Assembly: GCA_030704615.1 (NCBI GenBank)
Contig: CM060731.1
Coordinates: 31,992,001-32,056,000 of the forward strand
Direction of reading: 5' to 3'
DNA: 64,000 bases
Origin: Takakia lepidozioides
Taxonomy: Eukaryota; Plantae; Bryophyta
The position numbers and the translations under genes were made by a program. Positions 49,301 to 64,000 of this stretch are shown one piece after another. The notes beneath the pieces were generated by a model. It searched no databases and was not told the origin of the DNA. It worked only from the letters and a program-made list of their open reading frames with translations. Within the stretch, counting starts at the first letter, position 1, and each line of letters starts with the position of its first letter.

Positions 49301-52300
49301 CTTCCCCGGGGCACTGTCACAGACATCTCAGCGTACGCTTGCACAAGTTGGGGTAGTGCCTGCTATCAGATACAGCCAGTAAGGAGAGCAGAATGAGTAT
49401 TCCGGTGTTCCTAAGCCACGAACAAAGAAACAGTGGATGATCTCTTGCACATACAGGACAGTCCATAAGAAGCAATTCACGACAGAACCTCCTTAAAACG
49501 TGTCTTAGAAAAGAAAAGGAAAACAATGTGATTCTATATCATGTGAAGTAAACTGCAAGAAAAAGGAGATGCATAGGGGTGAGGGCATCCTATAAAAGCC
49601 AGAAGATCGTACAGGATGAATAGGCTCCCGAGCCATGTGTAGGCAGTGCATGAGAGCATGGGACGCATCTACACCATAGCGTGAAAAGTTGAAGCTGCTG
49701 GTCTGCATTAGCAGCTCCATACACTTCACTGCCAGATCTTGCTGCTTCCTGCCATCTCCCACACCCTTTCATACTTGAGCCACAACAAACAAACAGCATG
49801 TAGACAACTTCTCTCTCTGCCATTCCGCACCTCAGACTTTCACCTAAATATCTCTTGTGCACATCGGCACAACTCACCAATGAGGGGGAACTGACGTCTC
49901 ATCTATCATTAGTGGAATTCATCAATAAGACTCCCCAAATTTCCTGTCCAGATTGATTGGCCAATGAAAGCTTTTAACCAAGGTGAGCAACCTGTAGAAA
50001 ATTGCCAGTGACAGATGCAAGAAGTAACATCCAGGTTCTGGACACAGCCACTACCAAAGAGTGAAAATATGTTGGTTTTTTTAACAGGGTTTCTTCAGTC
50101 TCCCTCACATATGGCACCACCAGACTGCTCCTAACACACTAGCCAAACTATTGTGCGATGATGATATGTCTTAACAACCATGACGGAAAGCACCCAAATT
50201 TGTAGGATGTAATGGTGGATCATACTTGTTGGTAGTGATGGGTGAACAAGGTCGGAGACTTGCTACAACATTGGCAACAAGAGAAGGGTCAGACATCACA
50301 CCAGCAGCAACAGCTGCCTCGGCAACATCGCGGATCAATGAATTCTGCACTGTCACATGCATCCCCACTGCCTCTCGAACAAGCTGCACAAAACACTCCA
50401 TGTTAAGTCCCATGAAAATATATGTGCTGCGTAGAAGCAGTGAAGGTAACCTTCACTCAGTTGAAGTCTGAAATATACAGTGAGAACGTTCATCACTTCC
50501 ATGTCAAATGACAGACAGAAAGCTTCAAGCAACAGCTGGCATCATGGGTCTCAGATGCACAGGTCAATGTACTAAGCCACCACTTCCCTGAAAGATAAGG
50601 AATACAATTGTATTTAGTCAGCGGAAAACACAGCCAACAGAAGTTCCGAAATGGTGGAAGACCCCACAAAGGAGTAGGATACTCAAGACTGCTTTAACTT
50701 TAATTTCAGAATAACAAATAGTGTGTGTTCTCCAAAAGGGTGAAGAGCAATACCACTGCTATGTCAGAAAATCGACGAAGCAAGAGTTGAACAGTCACCC
50801 ATACAGCAAGCTCGATATTAAATGGTGTGAATGTAGCTGAGCTTTGCACAGTGGCAGCCTTTAATAACCGCCCAATGGATGCATGGAAAAGACCTTTTGT
50901 CGACAGTCCTGAGAGTCCAGGCACTAGACAGACAAATGCCATCCCAAGCTGCAGAGTGCGCTCACTCACGAAGTCTGGCTGCCTCTTGCTATTGGTGCTG
51001 CTGCTCATTGCTTTCAGCCAAAATTCAACCTTCATTTCATATAAAATAGTCAATCGACGAGAAGATATGCCAGAAACCATATTCAGATTGGGTTCATGAC
51101 CACATCAATGACAAAAGTTGAATGTCCCAAAATCACTACCTTCTTTCGTAGCTCCCCCAATGACCACCACTTCCAAGCACCTTGGAGGTGACCCAAAGCT
51201 ATGATTGAATGTTCTCACTGTGAAAGTGTGTTTTCTCACCCCTAGCTGTAGGGAAGCTATAACCACTGATAGTCTATCAAACAAATCAGCCAAATAATTG
51301 AAAGCCTCCATGATCACTCACCTCTTCATGGGTTGGCAGCAAATCACCAACTCGGACAAGAACACAATAGAGTCTAAGATGGGCATGCAGGTGGCCACCC
51401 CACCCCACTTCCTGCCAAGTAGACCGTGCATCTGCCAGCAAAGCATCCCGTATCCTTGCCCCCACCCCTTCCTTCTCTTTCATCCGACTTAAATCTGTCA
51501 GACCCCCATCAGTTTTACCTAACGGTGGGAGAGGGCGAGAATCTCCTGCCTTTTGACTGGCCCCCAAATGAGACAGAATCCATTGGGAGGTCACCTCTCT
51601 CGAAAAAATCAATCTGGACAGAAACTCCAGCTCATCGTGGATAACTTCAACCGTTATGTGCAAAGTCATCTCACCAAGAGTGCACGTGTCCACCAAGGCC
51701 TCACGACAAATGGACGCAAGCGATGGTGCCACTTGGCATAACCTGACAATCGCCCAAACTGCTGCTTCTGCATACTCAGCAAGTGTGATTGGCAAAGCTG
51801 CCTGAGAAGGCTGGGATCCACACTGCTGTTGATGAAGGCCTGTGTACGCCAACTATTAGAAAGTGCAGCATTGAAGTAAATTTGAACTTGAAAATTGAAG
51901 TCCTCAGAAACTATTTTGATGAATGGCAATTGGTTTGTATTTGTCAAAAATGTACCTGGTGCTGTCTTTGCAATATTCCGTGCTGCTGGTGGAGCAGATT
52001 CTTGGGGAGAGGGACTGTTGGGTCGAGCCTCAGGAACATCTTCTTGGGTTATGAAGACTTGGGTCAGAGCACGTACCCCTCGATCCACTAGGGCTGGGTT
52101 ATTGACCAATGTAGTCACTAGCAAAGGGCCGCCATAGCGAGCAGTCAGCAACCCTTTCACCAACTGCTCTGTGCCACGTGCAAACCAACAGGGTGGGGGT
52201 AAACATTATGAAAAATCCATAACCCTGCAAGGGGTAGAGGTAAGGCTTACATGAGATGCACAAAGACATGGGATCTGTTGCCTTGGAAAAAGAAATGTGT

Positions 52301-53524
52301 TAGACAGCAATAGACATACAATCAGTAGTTGGGAAGAATACCAAAAAGATGAATAGACATTGCCAGGCACAGAAACATAATCTGATCAAGCAGGTAGCAT
52401 TATGATTTTTAGCCCTGCCAAAACCAACACCCAAAGTTGACATTGAGGACGTGCATTTCAGACTTTTATCAGACTCTTTCCCTAGTAGGATCATAAGAAG
52501 CAGATGAGCTACACCTGAACTCAAGAGAGAGGGGCATCTAGAAGCTGCTATTGGCACCAGGCACATCAACTCTGGTATGCAAGCCTCATTGCTCCATAAG
52601 CTTCCTTCGTCGTTTACTCGTTGCTCTATCCCACATTCGTCGGAATTCCACCTCTGTGCCCACTTGAACTCAAACTCAGCTGCCCTGTGACGCAAAGAGA
52701 TGATCGCCAATTTCACGCGCTCTGTCTACAAATAGTGTGGCAGGGTGATGGATTAGCACGTTAGGTGGTACACAGATGTATCACAGGTTTTCTGCATGCA
52801 TGCATTTCGTCCTTAAACCCTAAACCCACGGCCCTGCATGCTCTCTGAGCCCTTTATATTTAAAACATTTCGGAATGAGACTCCTAAGATCGACGGCCCT
52901 TTGAAAATGGGAGATGCCACATCCTATTCAAATTGTCTGACAAATAGTGAACATTTACTCCTAAATTCTCTGAATAGCCACCGGCATTTTGGACGAATTC
53001 GGCGGCTTCAAATTCCACCACTTCCTGTAGCACTGAGAGCACAAGCCTTCCAGCGAGCTCTCGAGTTTGGTTTCTTATGGTGCAATGGATGCAGGTGAGA
53101 CATACACACGTGTTCTCTTTACGTGACGTACACAGAATTAGGAAAGAGAAATCATAATTACCTCATCACCCTGTTGAAAGGCATCACACTCATCCAGCTC
53201 CCCACTCTCTTCATCTTCCTTCAAGTCCCCAATCTCCTCGTCGTCATCCTCTTCGACACGAGAGATTCCAGGGACTTCTCCAGATTTTTCTGCCTCTAAA
53301 ACATATCGACATATCTCTCCATAGTCCAACAATGCATACGCAAAGGCTCTAGGGGTCTGAGAGTGCGACACCAGCGACGACAACAGCGGAGTTAACAGAG
53401 CTGAGGATTCAGTTGCTGCGAGCGCAAGAGATGGCAGAAAGGGAGACGTTATTGAGGAATCCAGCGCTTGTATGGGGCTTGCAGGTGCCCCATACCGCAA
53501 GAATTCCAGCACCGTGGACGCCAT
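46351..53524 (-). CDS. INTS2: Integrator complex subunit 2 homolog, multi-exon
   Basis: Spliced C-terminal block LICATVSSLLHSSPLLLKLLHFQ|GYDLALIPMMVEGVPTMVQCLDFVGELLQQP..QVFAVVL..LPQSLS and CAAAFPVL matches my recollection of the conserved INTS2 C-terminus. Long helical exons lie upstream. Start is MASTVLEF. Confidence 0.82.
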
Positions 53525-55047
53525 GCACCTCCCACAACCCACCCTCCCTCTCTTTGTTCGAGAGCGAGAGAGAAGCACATTAGTAAACGGAGCGATGTCA
53601 TATTCTGTTTACTCATGTATCCCGTTCAGGATTAATGCTTTTACAACCGACGTCCAATAGGACTAATAACCAACAAGAAAGACGCCGAGACAAACAAAGG
53701 ACCTAACAGACCAACAACCATACAAGCAAAGGAATTTCGCATTGCGAAATTATCCATGGGAGAATTTATTTTATTTTATTTTATTTTATTTTAAAGCAAG
53801 GGAAAGGACAAAGGACCTTAAAGAGCCTCACCGCCCAACTCTCCAGCCTCTTAGGGAGAAAAAGCCACGCCTATAGGGTAACATGTTCATGAGGTATAGG
53901 GGCTACTTGTTCTTTATGTGTTAGTTTGGCATAATTGTTAATTTCATCAATTTTATTTCGCTGTGGAAATTTCCAGGGAATTCAGGGAATATGCCCTTGT
54001 GCTCCCCTCGGCGTGAGCATGCTCACTCGCTACCCAACCTCGTTAGAGAGGATGGCACCTTACGGGGCGGGATTTTCCGCCAAGTGACGATGGCACCTTA
54101 CGACGCATAAGGTTCCTCTTCTCAGGCACCCTATTGCAGTATTTGTGTTCCCTACTCCATTTTCCTATGCTCATGCGAGCTCTGCGCACAGCGCACAGAT
54201 GTGCTCACGCTCTGCCAACCCCCTTCTTGTGTTATAGGGTGAGGCCGGGATCTTTCTGAACTGAGGTCTTCATCATCTGCCCTTCACCGGCGTAAAAAAC
54301 CAACCTGCCCCCTTCGTTACCTTATGAATTTCATAAGGCCCTAGGTGACTTACGCCTCCCATAAGGTGCATCCTCCTGTCAGGATGAAAACTTCCAGTCT
54401 GAGAAGGTAACAGTTTTAAGGAAAGTTTCCTTTCTCTGTCGCGCTGTAGAGGGCTCTTTAGCAAATGTAAGGATTCCAGTGAAGAAGCCTCCTAACAAAG
54501 GAAATTTTCGACATGTGCTTTGTGCCCATTTCAGGGATTATATCTTTTCCCTTCAATTAGTGAAGTGTGAATCATCATATCAATAATAATAATAATGGCA
54601 AGTCATTTGAATTTTGGAAACAGGTCTTTGGTTCTTTGATACTCAGAACCCGCCAACTACCTGCGAGGATCAGCTGACACTGGTTATTACAATACTTTTT
54701 CTCCTTAGGTGTTCTCCTCTCATGGTTGCATGTATGAGATATCCTTGACAAGAACTGAATTTGTACTCCCATGAATTTTGCTTCTTGATGCAGACTTCTT
54801 CCTTTTAAGGTGGGAGAGGTGCTCTTTGGGCGCTGCTTTGAGGTGGTTGATCTGGCACACAGTTGACAAAAAGAGCCCCAGTATTCTGAGACACCAACTA
54901 ACCAGTATAAACATAACCCATTGTGTCAAATCAATGCTGGTAATGGAAGAAAGCTGGATCTGGCAGTGGGATTTTCAAGCTGGGTGAAACGGCAATGCAG
55001 CTGGATCTGGTACTGGGATTTTCAATGGGTGAAATGGCAATGCCAAT

Positions 55048-58000
55048 CTAGATCTGTTTCTCCCTCACCAATACTTGAGAGCCACTGTAGAAGTCAAGGA
55101 TCTGCATGCCTCTGCCCGCCACCACAATTCGATAATGGTCCCTGAAACCCAGTCCAAAATACAACAAAAACAATTTGCTTAGTTATCTCCCAAACCGCAC
55201 CAGGGTTTGCGGATTTCAACCAGTTACATGCTTCTTAGGAGGGAGAATTTCGCATGAAGACAACATACCCAAGAGGGGAATCTCCTGCTGCTATTGCTAA
55301 AAAAGAACCTCATTGCAATATGGGCAGATAGTATGGTTACCAGCTCGTGAGGGCTGGCAATGGGGACAACCAATTAAGGATGCAAAGCCCTACAATGATC
55401 CTGCCTAGTTTTAAATCTGCATCTGCACTGAAGACAGGAAATTGAATGATACCCATTGGGCCGGGGCTCCACGTGTAATGCTTCAGCTTCGGGCACGTCA
55501 ATAACACTGTGCGTGCACTCCACCAGTGGGATATGAGATGTTAATTGCTCCACTGGGCCTCCCTTTTCTTGTGATTTTCTATTATGAGAATAGCCTTGAG
55601 CAGCAGAAGGAAAGAGGAGCCAGCATCGTATCCGTTGATCAAGCCCAGTGCTGAACACCCACATACCATCGGTCCAAACACCTATGTGCAGCTCTAATAT
55701 TAGAAGACCACACCTGTGGCAGTAAGGGAATGAGACTACTGTTACTTGCCACATCCTATAATCCCATGCTGTAATATTTAGCACTACCAAGTATGGGTAC
55801 ACTGAGGATTTTGGTCCCACTTGTCTTTCCTTGTGTCCTATGGTGAAAGGCCTGTGGAATGTGGGTATTATGAATGATATGAGAAACAAGCTGGATTATG
55901 AGGTCGGGGTGCGCTAAAAGTTGCATGAACACACTGCATGATAAATAAAGAAACAAGGCTACATACCTTTCACAGCTGAGTGGTGGGCACAAGGAATAGA
56001 ATCTTCACCCAAGCACTTTAATTGCACACTGCCTAGTTGAGCAGCTTCATTCACAAACATTGCGCCTACAGCATCACAAAATTTCCAATTCAGTACGTTA
56101 ATTTAAGCAGGTTAGAGTGACTCATTTATGGTTGGCAAGTGAATAGGAGTAGAGAATTACGCCCAAAATGAAGCAAGAAGTACCCTAAACAGCTCTTCAA
56201 AAACTGAATGCAAACTTTATCTTCTATTCGATCTGTCACTGGAAATTCTCTTGTGTCAATTTAATTAATTATTTGACCTGCACCACAACTGTGTAAGCTT
56301 TGACTCCACCCCTGGAGCTCGAGCCAGATTTCCAAAAAGCTGTTTTTCAAGCTGATCGTTTATAGGTGCACCTGTGAGTTCTCCTGCTGTAGTAAACTGG
56401 AGAGTAAACTTGGCCACATTTAATGCTTGATCATCTCCCCCACTAACCACCACGTACACAAGGCCTTTCTCCTTCTCCACCCTTGCAGTGCACAAACAAT
56501 TAACTCCAGATTGATGTGCCTCGGAAAAAATGTGTATAGGATGCAGCACTAAAGAAGAGTCATCAGCCTTGCAGGCATTGTCTATGCCAACATGTATTAC
56601 TCTCTCTGCAGGGGCTGGCGTACTAGTCTCCAGAGAGAAGTCTCTGTTCACAAGTGTGCTGCTATGGGCCGACTGACTGCAATCATGCCCACTCAGGTTT
56701 GATTGAATGGCAGGAACCATCAGCTTCCCCTTGCTGCAGCTGGGCACACCTTCATTGAGATATCCATTTCTGTCCTCTCCGACACTTGATTTGGCAACTT
56801 CTGCCTTCCTGCTCAAAAACGATTCTTGAAAGTAACCTGTCGTTCCACTCTCCTCATCTGATCCGAACCTTTCCTCATCTTCCTTTGTAAGCTCTAATAT
56901 CCCCTCATCATCTTCAAGCATTTTCTTCCCATCCTTGTTCCTTTTCTGTGACAGCCCTGATGGCCGCTGTCTAGAAGACCGCCATTTCTGCCCACCCTGA
57001 CTTCCCCGGCCTGTGAGTGGACGCAATTGTGCCTCCAGAGTAGACTTCGGCTTCAGATCCCCAGCAGAGACTTTACTACTAAACTTCACAACAAAGTCTG
57101 TGATGTTCCAGACGGCAATGGAGCCGTCAGTAGCCCCACTGATTACCAGAAACGCATTGGAGCAACTACCTGCACACGAGAAGTTTGACACCAAGGAATC
57201 TCATAAAAAGGAAGACGTTGGGACAATGATCAGACAGCCCTCACCATCTTTTTGAACTGCTCCAATTTGCACAAATATTGAACATAAGAGCAGAAGTCAA
57301 TGGTGAGGTCGCACCCATTATACCTGGAGTAGAACAATCTAACGGGACAACAAGGTGCTGCAAGGCCAGCACCGGCACGACATGGTACTCCAACACCGCT
57401 ACTTCCACCCTATCAGACAATTTGTTGATTAGTCTTTCTGAAGTCCAAAGAAAAATACTGATGACAAGATGGTAATAGTAGCTTACAAAGTCTTTTCACC
57501 ATCTGCAAAGTTCGTACTCTCAACATGGCCAACTCTCAATAACCTCAGTTAGCTGTTGACAGTGAAGCTTGGAAAACTGGTGAGGAAGTGCACAAAGGCC
57601 CTGGCTAAACGCTGACATCAATAAACTGCCTTCATGCACATTGGGTTTTCCTGGGAGCATTGATACGATCTGCACCCGGTATGTGTGAAGGCAGAAAGGT
57701 ATCTACATGTATCCATAGAATATTTCTGTGCAGTTGTCATTCACAAGTTCAATGCCACTGAGTATGTCAACTGAAATAGAGTCCTTGGCGGGTTTCATGC
57801 AAAACCCAACACGCAGGTGTAGAAAACAAACTGACTCCCAGCCATGTTAGTGATCCAAGGCCGATCGTGGCAGCCAAGTTCAGTTAAGCACTTCACAAAC
57901 CCACATTGAGTACACCATAGATAAGAGTTGACACTTGAAGGACAATTAATCGTAACCACTACTTGTTCAATATTTATTTTTAAATTTTGAGCAGATCTCC

Positions 58001-61000
58001 ATAGACATCACACTTACCAAAACTTGGCCATCACATGGAAAGCGTGAAGCTTTAATTTGGCATTGGAGCTGGCAGTAACCACGAAGCATACAACCACCCT
58101 GCCAACCACCCAGAATATTCAATGGGATTCTATGAGTACTGTCGCTACCTCAAAGACCACACAAAAATACAGATGTTGTACATTGAAATCGCCAAACCGA
58201 TTTAGTCTAGCCTCTGCACTGGTCCAGCAAATAAATCATGGCTCTGCAAACATTGAGAGGATGTTGTCCTATTCGTCACTTGTCAGAGAGAGAAACAAAG
58301 TGCGGGGAAGGGATGGGAAGTCCTGGGTGTACACACTCAGTCCAAGGGTCACGAGTAGAAAATGCAGTGATTGCCAGGTACCGCAGGTCATCCTCATCTC
58401 CCGTTTCCTTCCTGCACACAACCTCTCTCTCTTTGTGTTCCTTCCTTTCCGCGTCTCCATAAGTATCTGAGACACAGCTTGTATCCGCAACAGACATTAG
58501 GCAGTCACCCTCGGGTTTTACTGCACTTTTCATGGATTTCTTGAGTGGGTGATGGACATGCCGTGGGGAGTAAGAGCTAAGCCATGTTGGAGAAAGAGCC
58601 CATCTTCCAGGATTGGCAGGCGTCGCACAGACATCTTGCAGGTGGTTCCCCAACAATGGATGAGATTGGTACATGTCATCCTTCCCTAAGCTGGTAAGAA
58701 CTTTGTTTCTCTTGTCTGATATTCCATCAGAAGAGGCATGTCTAATGAGGACTGGCTCCAAGGAATAAGGCTCATCTTGGAGACCATTTAGAGAAGGAGA
58801 CGGGTCGACATTCTTGCTGCAGGCACCATTCACCCCCTTCCATTTACTGCAGAGAATTTGGTCTGGAGTGCAGTCCTGTCTCCACTTTAAGTGCCAACAA
58901 GTCAGAACCTCCTTGGCACCCACAGACAGGAGGAGTAACGGCTGTCCCTCCAATTCCCCCTTGCCTCCTACAAGGGGTGATGTTTGTCTGGCAAAGTCCT
59001 GCCCCAAAAGAGTGTGCACCCCGCGCACCAGAGTTAGGGCTCTTACAGCTGACCCTCCAGTGTGCTCACCAAGCACCATCGAGGAGTCCAGCTGCTCCAA
59101 ACTCTCTGGGCAATACCTGCGGTACCACAAAATCATGACACATCACACAACCGTGCATGATTTTGGATTGTCAAAGTCATTTAAAGTCATTTATGTTGAA
59201 GTCATTTATGCGGAAGGCATTTCGCTGCAACAGTTAATCTCTCAACCTAGTTCATACACCTGAAGGTCAATGTGTAGCTAGCGACATGACATGAGTGGGT
59301 TCACACTCTCGAAATGGTTGTAGATGCTTTGCATAAGCGTACCTGGTGACTCGCACTGTTCCATCTTCTGCACCGGAGGCTATCCAGCTGACAGGACATG
59401 AAAACCAATCCGAACACAGCTCCCCTTCTGAAGAAAGAGGGCCACTTGGAATAAAATGCACTGAATGGATCTCCTTTCCATGAAACTGCCCATGTAGACA
59501 ATGTGGCATATAGTTGAATCCGTCAACTAGATTCATGACAGGCTTTGTAGTCTCAGTGGCAGGCATGTCTGCCACAGGTAGGGGTTGCAAAACTGATTGC
59601 GAAGTAATCCAGTTCCTGTGTACGTAAATGACATGGTCCTGAGTTACAAAGTGAAAGTCAATGTATTGTCCAATTTGCAGTGTGAAGCTATAACTCATCT
59701 TGTATTCTAGTTTAAGTTGACTAGACGCACGTGATCAACTGAGCTGTAGTTAAATGAGGCACTTAACTATATCAAACTAACCTGAAAGGCAGTGATATGG
59801 ATTGCTTCTTGAATGACCCAAACATTGCAGCAGATTACTGACTTCACTGGTGATCGCTGTGCATGGAGTGTCAGCTAAGGAATGACCACAAATGGCTTTG
59901 CAAAGACTTTCAAAGCTTAGCAGACAGAAGTGTAGGACTAAAACTATGCTTTCAGTTTGACGTGAAACACCCCACTCAAGCCAAAGGTCTGTGTATTGGC
60001 TCCTTCTATCCCCATTCAGTCTGCTGATGAATTGAACTGGAACTATTGTCAGGACTTGTCCATTAACTGATGTTGTTCTGGGCTCCACACCGAGGCGAAA
60101 CTTGAAAACAACCTATGCTCATTGGAATACTTTCTTCCAAGAACTTGTGTGGTAATGAATGAACCCTCGGAAGAGCAGATAGACTCACTAATACAGCTGT
60201 GCACCTCCTAAATGACACATGGCCTAACTTGAAGCAGGTTGAAGTGGAAGAGCATAAAGGTAGACCTGACCTTCAAATATGAAAAACAATGTTGAAGTTC
60301 AGGCATAGCTCCAATCACACATGAATGTGGACGTCGCCATCCTCCACAGGCCACTCGCATCAGCTGCACACATCCTCTTACAGCTTACTCTACGTTGACC
60401 GGACACAATTTTCATGACAAGATGGGTCGAATGTGCTTGTATGGATGTGTGGCAGTATGACAAAAGTGAGGGCATACCGGACAAATGCTAGTGTATGAGA
60501 AAAATAAGAAATACGAAATAAGAAATAAGAAAAATGTCATACTAATGGGTGGTCAACAACACATACCTCAGATTTATTTGTCAAATCGCGCAACAAAAAA
60601 TCACTACCCATAAAACCAGCTACCACCTGCCTCCATTTCTTCGGCCTGTCAAGCCCATGGCAATATTCTAAAGACTCCACGACCGTGATGGCAGTGACAT
60701 TCTCCACACCCGTGCAAACAAGTCCTTGCCCAGTGGACACCGCTTCAACTCCAATCAAGACCCCAGGATCGTAAGTGAATTTGCAAATGCAACCATCCCT
60801 GCCTGTCTGCGCACAAATTCAAAGTGAAGAGTAGGATCATTTTGGCATTTTGTTTCTGAACCCCATTTAACCAGGACTTGTTTGGCCTATTGTGGGTGGT
60901 AAAAACCTCCTTAACTAACACCATCTAGATACCTGTAACAGTAGCAGAGCATGGATATCATGGCATGTACACCATATACAGGACTCTAGAAAAATCAATA

Positions 61001-63750
61001 ACACCAGAATAGTCATCAAACATCAACTCTTCTGACGAATTCTCTATACCTCTTACAAAAGAAGTAGACATACTGGACGCCTTACTACATACCCCCTCAA
61101 GATCTAACTGAAAAAGTAGGTTGACTTGTGAAACAAATGAACATAGGTACTTCAAAAAAGGCAGAAAACATTTTGAAGTTGGTCTATCTTCATGCCACTC
61201 ACCGAAAGGATGTCAGCAGTTTGCCCGTCAGGAGCTGAAGTTACCAAAAGGCTGGCAACTGATGATATTCCATGTGCCCCTTTAAAGACACCCAAGCCTT
61301 GTAGCTGAACTGGTAAACCCAAGTTATCTCTGACAGCAGATTTGTCTTTGCAGTGAAGCAAAGATCTTGGAAAGGAAAAGGACACTAGGTTTCCACGCTG
61401 GTCCCCACACACAAGCAGCTGCAGAGAATGCCCCATACAAGGTGTAAGCAATAACTAACAAGGTAATAGCAACTTTCAATAGTAGCCACAGCAAATTTCA
61501 TGCCGAGGACTCCACTTTTCCCATTGCCATCTCATTTGATTATATGCTAAAATCAAACCAATCAAGTCATTATCATGACAAAGTATAAAAAAGAACCTTT
61601 TCCTGTTTTGTGATACACTTGCTGTGGGAAACATGTCACCAATAATCTCATACCTGCTGCGAGGGACACACATCTAAGCACACAATCCGTGCATGCAAGG
61701 GAGATCTGCAGACCGCCAATAGCAATGCTTGTCGCTGCAAACCCTGCTCCTGTTCCAAGTCGGACAACGTCATGGTATCCTCAGTTGTCTCCAAATTTTC
61801 CAAAAACCACACCCGTACAAGTCCTCTCGGATCTGTGGAGAAGACATACCTGCAAAAATGGGATAACCGAACAGCATCTCTGAGCAATGCACAGACCCGG
61901 GAGAGCTCAGCCTATTATGTGGTCATGCAAGGAAATGAAGCCCTACTGACCTTGGTTACAAGGCTACTTCTGATAAACTCCAGTGAGTGACTCTATGCCA
62001 TCCCAGGCAAATGAGATACTATCCATAGTAGTCAAATTGGAGAAAAATGTGTGCCATAGACTGACTGATTCGTAAGCCTGCAAGCGGTCAGTTACCCCTT
62101 CAGATTACAGGGAACTTGCAAAGCCTGTCTAGCCATTCTAGTGCATGGCTCAGTTTGCTGAGTCTTGTCAGCGACAATGCTATTTACATCATAAAGAGCA
62201 ATACCTTCTCCCCAAAGCTTGGCACCAAAAGACTCCAAGTAGCTGTCTCTCATGATCAGCCAGCCAAGCACACTGCCAGAGCACGGAAGGTTGAACTCCA
62301 GTAGCCTGTATTCCTAATACCGTCACTATGCCTAATCCATTGCCGAATGCCACAATCTCATCCGCTGCCCAAGAATCATCATCATAGTCAGTCGTAACGT
62401 TGGCCACTGTTGTAACTAACACATCCATGCACACAATTGGCCCCTCTACATCTCCCTCGGTGAGACTTGCCCAGGCATGCTCTCCTGACTCCAGCAAGCT
62501 CAATTGATGGATATGGCCTTGATTGGTAGCAACATAGAGAGTCCTGGGCCCTGAGAGGCGGAGACATCGCACATACTCGCTATCGCTGTTCCATCGCACA
62601 TGCACACACCACCACTAACAGTACTGATTCAATTTTTCAATGTGATCTCATCTCAGAATAAAATTTATGTCTTCCTCAAATTTGTAACCTTTTGCAAGTC
62701 AGGTATTTCTGTCTGACCAATCACGGGCAACAAGTTGTGTACAAGCCATTGCCCAAAAATAACAATATCAAACAGCAACTCTGCCATCAATTGCACTAAG
62801 CACACTACTAACTAAAACTCGAGACCACCAAATACCACAATTCCTGAGACTGAAGTTCTGGGTGAGTTGGGATGGTTTTAAGATAAAAGTTACTCTGGAT
62901 GACATGTAGATGACATGTACTAAACCCTTTGTCATTCAACATTGTAAGTTGATTGAGCTGCTTAAAAATCTATGGGATACATACTTTCTTACATTATTAC
63001 TTTCCAACCTAGTTGTAGACAGAATGTACTAATCCTCCCGGCGGGAAACTAATCCTCCCAGAACCCCACACCCACCAGGGTTTAGGTTATTCCAGCTCGG
63101 CTCAGCTACACTTATTTCCAACAACTGTTATTAAGGCACTTAAAGAGGCAGTTGTCCCCGCATACAAACTCAACAACCCGGTTGACAGGGTTATTGCTTT
63201 TAGTTATATAGCCATGCGTTTACCACAAAATGACATGCTTGGGGATGTGCAGGGGACAGGAGGCTTCCGCCCGTCACTCTGGGCTGCGGGGATAGTTGTA
63301 GATAGAAACCTATTGAAAAATTCCCCTCACTAAAATATGGCAATGCCTTGCTGTTGTGGATCTGCAGTTTTCCACTTTGTATCATGAACTTCTTTGGAAA
63401 GATCTTTCCAGTCCAAGAAACCACAAATTACTTGATCCCACTGTGCAAACCCTGCCCGTAATCAGACGAAAGTGATGAAAGTGACATCATTCTCCATCAG
63501 GCGATTACCTATCCATGGACTTGAAGTCACCCTGACCAAGAACATTTGGCCCTTGAAGAGAGACGGAGAAAACCTCAGTGTTCAGCAGTGTATTCTGTCT
63601 TTGTGAAACCTCTGTCTTCTCTCCATGCCCCCTGACATGCACCTTTGCAGCCAACTGGACTAGTGACTGAACTTTGATGGAGGTATCAGCTCCGGCTGTC
63701 ACAAGTGTTGCAGTTTCCTTGTCATACACACACCGCCAAATTCCACGCCC
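55048..63750 (-). CDS. WDR6: WD-repeat protein 6 / Trm734 homolog (tRNA 2'-O-methylation cofactor), multi-exon, 5' end outside the window
   Basis: Motifs LVTAGADTSIK, HGQFHGKEIHSV, IASGAEDGTVR, LLSVGAKEVLTCW, DDLRYLAI, YHVVPVLAL, SGATDGSIAVW, HQSGVNCL, SGGDDQAL, STGLDQRIRCW and a terminal IVVAGRGMQIL. Confidence 0.88.
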
Positions 63751-64000
63751 TCTGCCACATTCACATCATACTTGATAGTAACTATAGATCTTTGTCATCA
63801 AAACAGATCTTTTGCGATTCCCAGTCCACAGCCCTGGTTAAAAGATAATTTTGAGGTTTCTTGGAGCCCTTCATATGTCAGGCGTCCTGGGCTTTCCCTG
63901 CATTTTCTTGTTGTTTAATAGTTCTCTCTCTCGTGGACATTATAAAGTACCATTTCATTTCATTTCATTTCTTATGTCTGTCTTTGTCCTTTGTCTACAG

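Noticed and set aside
53760-54480. Possible small element between INTS2 and WDR6 ((TTTTA)n tract, duplicated GATGGCACCTTACG)
   Set aside because: No TSD, termini or coding motif could be defined.

Overview
Eukaryotic nuclear DNA, most likely from a non-seed land plant (spliceosomal introns, nuclear-encoded plastid RPS17, an INTS2 homolog). Bases 1-33.2 kb are a nest of transposons. It holds three related non-chromoviral Ty3/gypsy LTR elements inserted into one another and a solo LTR of another family. It also holds a 14.8-kb Mutator-like DNA transposon (MULE; 9137-23958, 9-bp TSD TTGGTAAGG, short TIRs). Bases 34-64 kb are ordinary genes: a lipase, plastid RPS17, INTS2, WDR6/TRM734 and a 5'-truncated LINE. 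The MULE is the highlight. Besides a GCM/WRKY-DDE-SWIM transposase, it carries a divergently oriented, intron-containing gene that appears to fuse a ParB/Srx-like domain (VWDGNHR) to a bacterial-type beta-class N4/N6 DNA methyltransferase fold. It also carries about 55 copies of a 22-26 bp palindrome (ACGGAAATGCGG-YR-CCGCATTTCCGT). These sit almost entirely in its non-coding DNA and introns and are spaced at near-integral helical turns (53, 64, 74, 84 and 32 bp). I infer a transposon-encoded ParB/parS-like DNA-binding and epigenetic marking or anti-silencing system. All coordinates and spacings were counted by eye and no database searches were run.
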